Source of the DNA: a virus
Virus record (IMG/VR): IMGVR_UViG_3300020172_001416
Location: 1 to 64,000 of that record
DNA: 64,000 nt
Reading direction: 5' to 3' (one strand)
Shown in pieces: positions 15,959-23,900 of the stretch (positions are counted from its first letter, which is position 1; every line of letters begins with the position of its first letter). The translations under genes were made by a program, and so were the position numbers. The notes below the pieces were generated by a model. That model made no database searches and had not been told where the DNA came from. It saw nothing but the letters and a program-made list of their open reading frames with translations.

Positions 15959-16147
15959 ATGTACAAGTTCATTCTCGCAGTCGCAGTAATCAGTCTTTCA
16001 GCATGTGCAGCAAAGGAAACACAAGGCGAAGTTGCAGCAGATAGCACTGCCGCACCGATTGTAATTACCGATTCGACTGCAAAGCTTGACACCGATTCAA
16101 TCAAGTCAGCAGAAGTAAAGCCAGCAGAAGGCGAAGCAGCTAAGTAA
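15959..16147 (+). CDS. small lipoprotein
   Basis: GGAG SD, lipobox LSAC, Asp-Ser-Thr rich. Confidence 0.8.
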   Translation: MYKFILAVAVISLSACAAKETQGEVAADSTAAPIVITDSTAKLDTDSIKSAEVKPAEGEAAK

Positions 16148-16153
16148 TTTTTT

Positions 16154-16231
16154 AAGGTTTCCCACGGCGAATCTAGAAAACGGGGAAATTAAAATGGGAC
16201 ATACTCTTGAACGCCGGTCCCTACCTTTTTT
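16154..16231 (+). ncRNA. putative three-helix RNA with kissing loops
   Basis: AAGGT/ACCTT, TTTCCC/GGGAAA, GGGAC/GTCCC, loop-loop CGGCG/CGCCG. Confidence 0.45.
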
Positions 16232-16302
16232 GCGGTTCTAGTGTAATAGATAGCACGGTAGGCGTCCAGCTTACAGGTCCGGTGCAACTCCGTGGAACCG
16301 CT
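16232..16302 (+). tRNA. atypical tRNA-Gly(TCC)-like RNA
   Basis: Gly identity GCG/CGC-U73; loop CG-TCC-AG (G33); no D-loop GG; T-loop GTGCAAC. Confidence 0.7.
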
Positions 16303-16306
16303 CTTC

Positions 16307-16341
16307 AAGGGGATTCTGTCGTTAGATGGAGTCCCCTTTTT
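16307..16341 (+). terminator. intrinsic terminator
   Basis: AAGGGGATTCT/GGAGTCCCCTT stem followed by T run. Confidence 0.7.
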
Positions 16342-16359
16342 ACCTAAAAGGAGGTTATT

Positions 16360-16491
16360 ATGCATCCGAACGAATTAAATGTATTAGTACAAACAGAAGA
16401 TTTTATGAAGGAAGCTGAAGCACTTGGTCAACGCTATGTAGATGCGTTGAAGGAACAAATTTCCCGTCAAAAGGAAGGAAAACGGAAGTAA
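16360..16491 (+). CDS. 43-aa hypothetical protein
   Basis: AGGAGG SD; MHPNELNVLVQTEDFMKEAEALGQRY.. Confidence 0.6.
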   Translation: MHPNELNVLVQTEDFMKEAEALGQRYVDALKEQISRQKEGKRK

Positions 16492-16537
16492 ACCTTATAT
16501 ATTTGATATTTAAATATACGTCTATTGTGGAGCGGTT

Positions 16538-16984
16538 ATGGAGAAACCAACGAAATACGTAAAAGCAACGTTGACAAATAGTTGTGTCCCTGCGTGTCTC
16601 GCTATGGTCACAGGCAAAACTCTCCAACGAGTCATCAAAGAAATATACGAACATTGGGAAAATGAAGGTCGATATCAAGGCGTAGAAGATGGTATCGTTG
16701 ACCAGTACCTATCAAAAAATGGATATGCAATACAACGAATCAGTCACGAATACGAACCTAATAAGTTGTTAATTCCGAAGTGGCCCGTCAACCCATTCGC
16801 TCCAATTCACATAGTAGATGTATGGTCAAGCAATCCGCCTGGAATGCATGCAGTTGTGATGTTAAAAGACGGAACAGTATACGACCCATCTAATAGACGA
16901 ATTAAAGATATCTCAATGTATCAACGAGTGTTCGGCATAACAGGAATATGGAAGGTAACTGACAAAGTATTTGATGTAAAATAG
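16538..16984 (+). CDS. peptidase C39-like cysteine protease-fold protein
   Basis: NSCVPACLAMV..HAVVM..VYDP (Cys-His-Asp). Confidence 0.7.
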   Translation: MEKPTKYVKATLTNSCVPACLAMVTGKTLQRVIKEIYEHWENEGRYQGVEDGIVDQYLSKNGYAIQRISHEYEPNKLLIPKWPVNPFAPIHIVDVWSSNPPGMHAVVMLKDGTVYDPSNRRIKDISMYQRVFGITGIWKVTDKVFDVK

Positions 16985-17317
16985 GGCCTGACCGGTTTCG
17001 ACGGGATGTAGAGGCTTAAATCTTGTACCCAGTTTGGTAAGACTGGTAAAACAGACCGAAATTTTCAACTGGCAATCAATTAGCCCTCGCTGCGTAAGCA
17101 GCCTGACGAAGTAATCTGACCCACATAGGGTTACTATCGTTCATAGATGTGGTGTAGTGTTGGTGACGGCTGGTAACTAACATCAAACGGAACGTAGCCT
17201 AAGTCAACCTTACGTTTGTTCTTTGTCGAGAGGGGGACGAAAATATACAAAGAACTACGTACATAAAAGTTTAGGAAGAAGCAGTCTCGGACCAGGGTTC
17301 GACTCCCTGCAGGTCCA
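16984..17317 (+). ncRNA. ssrA: tmRNA; tag peptide (A)GNQLALAA at 17071-17097
   Basis: 5' GGGCCTGACCGGTTTCGACGGG, 3' GGTTCGACTCCCTGCAGGTCCA with G3:U70; resume signal TTCAACT-GGC; tag ends LAA*. Confidence 0.93.
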
Positions 17318-17356
17318 CTCTAATAGTTACGAATCACAATTTTTTTGGAGTAGCCT

Positions 17357-17644
17357 ATGTACAAAAAAATTCTTGGACAGATTCGTAAACTTTTTTTCAA
17401 GGAAGAGCGATATGATACGTCACTTCGTCGGCAATGTATCCTTGAAGAATATAAAGTTATATTTGAACAAGTAAGAAATGCTAACGACTTGACAAAGCTT
17501 TTGGAAGCACGTAAACTTATAAGAGACTTCCAACAAGGTATAATAGATGTTGGGGAAGATTCGTGGTCACGCCCCTATCTGATGGACTTACATCGGGTAT
17601 GGACAATCAAGTACAAATACTGGAAACGTCACAGAGGTAGATAA
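17357..17644 (+). CDS. hypothetical protein
   Basis: GGAG SD; coupled to the next gene. Confidence 0.7.
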   Translation: MYKKILGQIRKLFFKEERYDTSLRRQCILEEYKVIFEQVRNANDLTKLLEARKLIRDFQQGIIDVGEDSWSRPYLMDLHRVWTIKYKYWKRHRGR

Positions 17645-18015
17645 TGCTAAAGAAAAAGGTTACAAAGTTCACAGGCGGTAAGTTACACGTAATGGAACGT
17701 AAAGCTCTGGTATGTCAGGGATGTAATCTTGTTACTGTGTCGGTGGCAAGCGATATTAGAGCAGTTACCTGTGCATATTGTGTACAGAAACAAGTCGCTC
17801 CGCCAGAAGGTATTAAACCCAAGTCAGTCGGTGAAAAGTTTCCCCGTGGTTGGGCATTGAAGGCTCGGTACGTTCATACAGACGGTCGAGTATTTATAAA
17901 GGGAAAGGACACCGGGGAAATAGTTACCCCAGAAGCTCCTAAACCCAAGAAAGAAAAAAAAGTTACAACAAAGAAGAAGGTAGTAAAAAAGAAGAGTCCT
18001 AAGCGGAGAAAGTGA
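17644..18015 (+). CDS. Zn-ribbon protein with Lys-rich tail
   Basis: CQGC..CAYC; C-terminal KKEKKVTTKKKVVKKK. Confidence 0.7.
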   Translation: MLKKKVTKFTGGKLHVMERKALVCQGCNLVTVSVASDIRAVTCAYCVQKQVAPPEGIKPKSVGEKFPRGWALKARYVHTDGRVFIKGKDTGEIVTPEAPKPKKEKKVTTKKKVVKKKSPKRRK

Positions 18016-18329
18016 TGTTAAAATTACCAACCAAGTCGTTTCCCGTCATTCAACAATTTTTAAAGGACAACGAGATTTTGGTATATCGCTACATGGTATT
18101 GAGTATTTCCAGCGCGATAAAGAACAATAAGGACAAGACAGAATTGTTCTCATTTGGCGGAAACAATGAAAACGTAGCGATGGTTCGTAAAGCGGATTAT
18201 GCAAAGGTTATTGAAGATGCGATTGGGCATTTCTCGAAAGCAGAAGAATATGAATACGCCGCATTCGCACGTGATTTGTTAAAGAAGTGGAAGATTGAAC
18301 AAGTAATAAACGAAAAACCTACGGAGTAG
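18015..18329 (+). CDS. hypothetical protein with UvrB/UvrC (UVR)-like C-terminal motif
   Basis: IEDAIGHFSKAEEYEYAAFARDLL. Confidence 0.6.
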   Translation: MLKLPTKSFPVIQQFLKDNEILVYRYMVLSISSAIKNNKDKTELFSFGGNNENVAMVRKADYAKVIEDAIGHFSKAEEYEYAAFARDLLKKWKIEQVINEKPTE

Positions 18330-18331
18330 TT

Positions 18332-18847
18332 ATGGGATTTGAATCTGCGCGATGCGTAGTTCTAAATGCCACATACGAACCGATTACAATTGTATCATCC
18401 AAACGAGCACTCATTCTTTATCTTGAAGGTAAAGCACTGATTGTCGAAGAACATCCAGAGTTGGTGGTGCGGTCACCGAGTCAGACGTTTCCTGTTCCTA
18501 CGAGCATTGTGTTAAAGCAATTCGTAAAGGGTCGTATGGTATTTCGGACTAAAGCACTATTGACACAACGAAATCTATTTATTCGTGACCAGTACACTTG
18601 CCAGTACTGCGGTCGAAATAAGCAACAAATGCGGTCTGCCGAATTCTTGACCCGTGACCACGTACTCCCGCGTCACATCGGTGGTCGGGATATTTGGGAA
18701 AACGTAGTCACGTGCTGTAATTCGTGCAATAACAAGAAGGCATATCATCTATTAGAAGATATTAATATGACCCTCTTGAAAATTCCGACAGCACCTACTA
18801 TATTTGAATTGTGGACTAGGCAACAGAAACGCCAATATCAAAATTAA
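18332..18847 (+). CDS. HNH endonuclease (McrA-like)
   Basis: VLNATYEP, RNLFIRDQYTCQYCG..LTRDHVLPR..GG..WENVVTCCNSCNNKK. Confidence 0.9.
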   Translation: MGFESARCVVLNATYEPITIVSSKRALILYLEGKALIVEEHPELVVRSPSQTFPVPTSIVLKQFVKGRMVFRTKALLTQRNLFIRDQYTCQYCGRNKQQMRSAEFLTRDHVLPRHIGGRDIWENVVTCCNSCNNKKAYHLLEDINMTLLKIPTAPTIFELWTRQQKRQYQN

Positions 18848-18862
18848 ACAAGGATACACACA

Positions 18863-19486
18863 ATGGTTACGGAAGAACAGCTCGCAGAAAAGTACGAAAA
18901 GTTTATGGAGTATATCAAGGCTGATTCCCGTGCGGAAAAGCTCTTGGTAATGTATGAAGATTTTAACGGTGAGTTGTCAACCGCTCCCGCTTCTGGTAAG
19001 ACGTATTTCCATAATGCGTTTCCCGGCGGATATCTTGACCACGTACTTCGAGTTACGGAAACAGCGCTACATCTCTCTTCCGTATACAAGAAGATTGGTG
19101 GTGATGTAGACTTCACCAAGCAGGAACTTATTTTCGCCGCAATCCATCACGATTTGGGTAAGCTTGGAAATCCCAACGAAGGTCCGTACTATGTTGACCA
19201 AGATTCTGATTGGCATCGGAAACGCGGTGAACTCTACAAGCAGAATGATAATCTTCAATATATGAAGGTTCCCGACCGCGCATTGTTCCTCTTGCAAAAG
19301 TATGGAATTGAAATCACACAAAAGGAATGGTTGGGTATTAAGTTATCTGACGGATTATATGATGATGGTTCAAAAGCATACTTAGTCAACTACGCCCCGT
19401 ACGCGATGAAAACGAATCTTCCACGTATTATTCATTGGGCTGACCATATGTCCAGTCAATGTGAAAACGATAATTCACGATTCTAA
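18863..19486 (+). CDS. HD-domain phosphohydrolase
   Basis: APAS..FHNAFPGGYLDHVLRV..HHDLGK..HWAD. Confidence 0.85.
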   Translation: MVTEEQLAEKYEKFMEYIKADSRAEKLLVMYEDFNGELSTAPASGKTYFHNAFPGGYLDHVLRVTETALHLSSVYKKIGGDVDFTKQELIFAAIHHDLGKLGNPNEGPYYVDQDSDWHRKRGELYKQNDNLQYMKVPDRALFLLQKYGIEITQKEWLGIKLSDGLYDDGSKAYLVNYAPYAMKTNLPRIIHWADHMSSQCENDNSRF

Positions 19487-19614
19487 AAATTAACATATAA
19501 TATAACCGTTCAAAATGACTTGGACGGTTATATTTATATTAGACCTGCGCACAATGCGGGGTCAATAAACCGTACCGCTCAATAGTGAGGGTACATAACA
19601 TTGGAGGTCATTTT

Positions 19615-20094
19615 ATGACTCATTTAGTATTTCGCCCATTCGGGTCAACGGTTTTGAACAATCGGGACAACTTCATCAGCACGTTTGACAAGATGTTTGA
19701 TGAATTCGCTCGGAGAGATTTCCCCGAACTCTTTCAACATTTTGGGGCAGAACCTTTTGGAAAGTCTGCATATCCAAAGGTCAATGTTATTACGAACGAC
19801 GAAGCTGTAGTTATTGAAGCGGAACTCGCTGGTTACAAAAAGGATGAAATTGATATTGAAGTCAAGGAAGGCGTCTTGACTATTTCAGGTGGTGCATCAC
19901 AATTGAACGAGCAAACTGATAAATCCGTTTATCTGCTTCGTGAACTCAAGCGTAGTTCGTTCAGTCGTTCATTTAAGCTCGGTGACCAATTGGATGCCTC
20001 AGCAGTCGGTGCAAAGTTTGATAATGGGTTATTGACAATTACTATCCAAAAATTGACAAAGGAGCCAGAAAGTACAAAGGTTACAATTAAGTAA
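19615..20094 (+). CDS. small heat-shock protein (Hsp20/alpha-crystallin)
   Basis: GGAGG SD, ATG 19615; YPKVN..IEAELAG..DIEVKEGVLTISG..FSRSFKL..AKFDNGLLTITI. Confidence 0.92.
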   Translation: MTHLVFRPFGSTVLNNRDNFISTFDKMFDEFARRDFPELFQHFGAEPFGKSAYPKVNVITNDEAVVIEAELAGYKKDEIDIEVKEGVLTISGGASQLNEQTDKSVYLLRELKRSSFSRSFKLGDQLDASAVGAKFDNGLLTITIQKLTKEPESTKVTIK

Positions 20095-20117
20095 TTCACC
20101 ATCAACCGGAGGTATGT

Positions 20118-20177
20118 ATGTGCAGTTGTTCCGCAGGTTGTACGTGTAGTTGCTGTGTAAACCACATAACCGATTAA
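20118..20177 (+). CDS. 19-aa Cys-rich micro-ORF (metallothionein-like)
   Basis: GGAGG SD 5 nt upstream; MCSCSAGCTCSCCVNHITD*. Confidence 0.4.
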   Translation: MCSCSAGCTCSCCVNHITD

Positions 20178-20244
20178 TTAGGAGGTGATCGACATCGGTT
20201 ATGTCTGGTACAAACCTTTAAGATTTAGGAGACATTGAAAATAT

Positions 20245-20279
20245 AACGGGTCGGCACCCACAAAGTCCGGCCCGTTTTT
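20245..20279 (+). terminator. intrinsic terminator
   Basis: AACGGGTCGG/CCGGCCCGTT stem followed by T run. Confidence 0.75.
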
Positions 20280-20292
20280 CGTTGGAGAATAT

Positions 20293-21291
20293 ATGAATAA
20301 GATTTTTAATTTTAAAACACTAGTTTCATTCTCTGCATTAGCAATTGCAGGATGCGCGGCATTATTCTCGGTAACGGGTATTGGTACTCTGTTTGCTGGA
20401 GCAGCCGTCTCTGCGATGGTAATGGCCAGTGCTTTGGAATTAGGTAAGTTAGTTGGTGTTTCATTCCTCTATCGTTATTGGTCTGAAATACCAAAAGCAT
20501 TAAAAAGTTATATGCTGGTCGCAAGTATTACACTAATCGGTATCACTTCGGCGGGTATCTACGGATACTTGTCCTCAGCATATGCAAAGGTTGCAGCAGA
20601 ACCATTAAAGATGAATGCTGATATTCAAATTTATAATTCACAAGCACAAACACTTGATGAAGAAATTAAACGTAAGACTGCACGATTGGACCAAATCATT
20701 TCACTCCGTGGTCAACAAGAAAATCGTATTGATAATCTCATCAGTAAAAGCACCACGGGGTCAAGTTCAGCAGTTCGGTCAGCACAAAATAGTTTGAATG
20801 AATTAAATAGAACCGCTACGGCATTACAAAAAGAAATCAACCAAACATCCGCTCAACGTGATAGTTTGAAAGCACGTAGTTTAACAAAGGAAGTGGAAAT
20901 CAACACTAACTCTGATATCGGAACATTTGTATACATTTCCAAAGCAATCGGAGTGGAACTTGATACTGTAGTCAAATGGTTCATCTTAATTATTGTATTG
21001 GTATTCGACCCACTTTCTATTTGTTTAGTACTAGCATACAATTTCTTAACCAAACGAGAAGAAAAGAAGTATCAGATATACGGGGAACCCCAACGTACTC
21101 AGCCGCTAGAAAACGAGAAACGACCAGAAGAACCTACAGTAGTAAATCAAACACCAGAAGATTTATTGGCTAGATTGAATAGCGATGACCCGTTTCCGCA
21201 GTATATGACGAAAGAGGAAACTGAGAACGTATTAGATACATTTTGGAAGAAAAAGACTATTAGTAAGCACAAAGATATTAACTTATTTTAA
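20293..21291 (+). CDS. multi-pass membrane protein with periplasmic coiled coil
   Basis: Three N-terminal TMs (MASALELGKLV, ITSAGIYGYLS), coiled coil, C-terminal TM (IVLVFDPL). Confidence 0.8.
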   Translation: MNKIFNFKTLVSFSALAIAGCAALFSVTGIGTLFAGAAVSAMVMASALELGKLVGVSFLYRYWSEIPKALKSYMLVASITLIGITSAGIYGYLSSAYAKVAAEPLKMNADIQIYNSQAQTLDEEIKRKTARLDQIISLRGQQENRIDNLISKSTTGSSSAVRSAQNSLNELNRTATALQKEINQTSAQRDSLKARSLTKEVEINTNSDIGTFVYISKAIGVELDTVVKWFILIIVLVFDPLSICLVLAYNFLTKREEKKYQIYGEPQRTQPLENEKRPEEPTVVNQTPEDLLARLNSDDPFPQYMTKEETENVLDTFWKKKTISKHKDINLF

Positions 21292-21297
21292 TACCCC

Positions 21298-21326
21298 TTG
21301 ACAACTGCCCCAAAATTGAGTATATT
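21298..21326 (+). promoter_or_regulatory. sigma70-like promoter
   Basis: TTGACA-17 nt-TATATT. Confidence 0.8.
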
Positions 21327-21352
21327 TACTATACTCTCTACTTGGAGGCTCT

Positions 21353-22252
21353 GTGCCTATTAATGTTGGTTATTGTTGTATTAATACATTATTAAATGAC
21401 AAGGGTATTACCACGGGCCGCGCCATGCGAAAGGCTACGTTCGAGGCTAAAGGTCTAAAGTACGCCTCTGAACTTGCGCTAGCTAACACTAAAGACCTTC
21501 TAACAATCCTCAAATGGAACGCCGAAAACGGTGTGACCGTATTTCGTATGGGGTCTGGTATTTTTCCGTGGGGCACTGAATACAAGGCGACGAGTCTCCC
21601 CGACTACTTTGCTATTGTTAGTACACTTAAAGCAGCTGGTGACTATGCCAAGCAGACTGGTCAGCGTATCACCGCACACCCAGACCACTTTGTAAAGTTG
21701 GGGTCAGCTAATCCAAAAGCCGTTGAGAACTCTATCAAAGACTTGGAACTGCATTCCGAAGTATTTGACTATATGGGATTGGAAACTAGTCCGTACAATG
21801 CAATCAACATTCACGTTGGCATGAACTTCTCCGAAGAGACTGCACAACGGTGGATTGATAATTTCCGTAGGTTGTCACCGAACCTTCAAGCACGTATGGT
21901 GGTCGAGAATGACGACAAGGAAAATGCATTCTCTATCATTCAACTGTTTACCTATCTTCATGCAGAATTGGGTATCCCACTTACGTTTGACTATTTCCAT
22001 CACCAGTTTCACCCCGATGGACTGACCACCCAAGAAGCAGCAGAACTTGCCGCTGGTACGTGGCCGGAAGGTATTACTCCACTCTTTCACTATAGCGAGA
22101 GTAAAAATGTTAATGAGAACGTTACGGGCAACCCTCGCGCTCACGCTGATTATGTGTTTTCTCGTATTGACGATTTTGGACTCACGTTGGATGTTGACCT
22201 CGAAGCAAAAGCAAAAGAACTAGCACTATTCAAATATCGGGAGTTGGTATGA
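21353..22252 (+). CDS. uvsE: UV DNA damage repair endonuclease
   Basis: GYCCIN, N..DL..ILKWN..FRMGS..FP, RITAHP, VENDD, FDYFHH, HYSES, AHADY, EAKAKE. Confidence 0.93.
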   Translation: MPINVGYCCINTLLNDKGITTGRAMRKATFEAKGLKYASELALANTKDLLTILKWNAENGVTVFRMGSGIFPWGTEYKATSLPDYFAIVSTLKAAGDYAKQTGQRITAHPDHFVKLGSANPKAVENSIKDLELHSEVFDYMGLETSPYNAINIHVGMNFSEETAQRWIDNFRRLSPNLQARMVVENDDKENAFSIIQLFTYLHAELGIPLTFDYFHHQFHPDGLTTQEAAELAAGTWPEGITPLFHYSESKNVNENVTGNPRAHADYVFSRIDDFGLTLDVDLEAKAKELALFKYRELV

Positions 22253-22398
22253 CAGAAAAGATAACTTCATTTTTCGACGATGTAGTACAGTTTTTGTTTT
22301 TTCTATTGACAACAATGACAATTTCGTTTATATATGGTCTATATGGTATTTTTTTAGTCGTTCGTGAAATTAAGAATTTTCTAACACGGAAGGTATAA
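22249..22398 (+). CDS. 49-aa membrane peptide
   Basis: ATGA and TAATG coupling on both sides; hydrophobic core. Confidence 0.55.
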   Translation: MTEKITSFFDDVVQFLFFLLTTMTISFIYGLYGIFLVVREIKNFLTRKV

Positions 22399-23036
22399 TG
22401 ACGCCGTTGATTTCCTTTGCAATCACTACACATAATGAAGGAGAATATATTCGTGACCTCCTCGACCAGCTGATTCCACATTGTGAACAAACTGGTGATG
22501 AGATTGTGGTTGTGGATGATAATTCTACCGACCCATTCACTTCGTCTATGTTATACGATTATGCAGACAAGGATAAGATTGGGCTATATCAGCATGAACT
22601 GAATCACGACTTTGCCGCACATAAAAACTTTTTAAATAGTAAGTGTAATGGAGAATATATTTTCCAAGTGGATGCAGATGAGAAGTTTAACGGCAATCTA
22701 TTAACCTATCTGCACGATATTGTAGACAATAACAAAAATATAGATGTGTTTCTTATTCCACGCGTCAACGTTGTTAGTGGATTAACTGACGACGATATTA
22801 GACGATGGGGATGGCGAATTAACGAGAAGGGTTGGGTAATGTTCCCCGACTATCAGACTCGTCTGTATCGGAACGCAGAATATATCAAGTGGGAAGGAAA
22901 GGTGCATGAAAGGATTGTAGGATACCAGACCCACGCACCACTTCCAGCAGAAGAAGAGTGGAGTCTGTATCACATCAAGGATATAGTTAGACAAAGACAG
23001 CAAAATAATTTTTACGAAACTTTAGTAGAACGGTAA
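22398..23036 (+). CDS. glycosyltransferase family 2
   Basis: ISFAITTHNE, VVVDDNSTD, IFQVDADE, PDYQTRLY, WEGKVHE. Confidence 0.9.
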   Translation: MTPLISFAITTHNEGEYIRDLLDQLIPHCEQTGDEIVVVDDNSTDPFTSSMLYDYADKDKIGLYQHELNHDFAAHKNFLNSKCNGEYIFQVDADEKFNGNLLTYLHDIVDNNKNIDVFLIPRVNVVSGLTDDDIRRWGWRINEKGWVMFPDYQTRLYRNAEYIKWEGKVHERIVGYQTHAPLPAEEEWSLYHIKDIVRQRQQNNFYETLVER

Positions 23037-23084
23037 GAAACACAAAATGAATGATATGTATATATGTACCAAATGGAGAACTAT

Positions 23085-23900
23085 ATGCAATATCAACGAA
23101 TTTGTCCTAGCTGTAACAAAATAGTATATTCTAATACTAAACGAGTAATTGATGAAGCTATAAAAAAAGGAAGATTATGTTTTCAATGCGCAAAAGTAAA
23201 ATATAATACAGAAGAAGAAAAAAGAATAGCTTCAAACAATCGCAGAACAAAATGTGTTAGTAAAAAAGTTGGAGTATTCACTAGAAATTGTCCAACGTGT
23301 GGTATTAGTATGAAATACTCTACCATATACGAAGTAAATCGGCATAACAAAAATGAGACAAAATGTGTATCCTGTGCAGCAAAAAATAAAAAGTTTTCCG
23401 AAGAACATAGAAAAAATTTATCAAAAGCAAATACAGGAAAACATCATTCGGAAGAAACACGAACCAAACTAAGTATCCTTAATAAAGGAAAAAAACTTTC
23501 TGAAGAAACAAAGAAAAAAATAGCAGAAAGCAATCGTGGTAAGTCTCATACAAATGAAGCTATACAAAAAATGCGCGTGTCTACATTAAACCGACTGGAA
23601 AAAACAATAGGACAAGTATCACCTAGATACAATCCCGAAGCTTGTAAAGCCATTGACGAATATGGTAGATTGTATGGTTATAATTTCCAACATGCAGAAA
23701 ATGGCGGAGAGTTCTATATTAAAGAACTTGGATACTGGGTTGACGGATACGATAAAGAACAAAATGTCGTGATTGAATATTACGAAAATTTTCATAATAG
23801 ACAAAAGAAAAAAGATTTACGTAGACAAAAAGAAATAGTAGAACATCTAAAATGTAACTTTATCATATTAAAGGACGGTTATGACATCACTACACGGTAA
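23085..23900 (+). CDS. NUMOD3-repeat homing endonuclease
   Basis: Zn fingers, tandem HSEETRTKLS..GKKLSEETKKKI repeats, C-terminal YWVDGYD..VIEYYE..H nuclease domain; overlaps the guaB start. Confidence 0.8.
   Translation: MQYQRICPSCNKIVYSNTKRVIDEAIKKGRLCFQCAKVKYNTEEEKRIASNNRRTKCVSKKVGVFTRNCPTCGISMKYSTIYEVNRHNKNETKCVSCAAKNKKFSEEHRKNLSKANTGKHHSEETRTKLSILNKGKKLSEETKKKIAESNRGKSHTNEAIQKMRVSTLNRLEKTIGQVSPRYNPEACKAIDEYGRLYGYNFQHAENGGEFYIKELGYWVDGYDKEQNVVIEYYENFHNRQKKKDLRRQKEIVEHLKCNFIILKDGYDITTR

Noticed and set aside
15747-16044. ORFs 15747..15938 and 15790..16044
   Set aside because: They overlap tRNA-Gln and the lipoprotein and have no convincing SD
16232-16302. tRNA-Trp(CCA) call
   Set aside because: Loop register gives TCC, and the acceptor stem plus U73 are Gly identity elements
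17223-17474. ORF 17223..17474
   Set aside because: Overlaps the tmRNA 3' end and the SD-led 17357 gene in another frame
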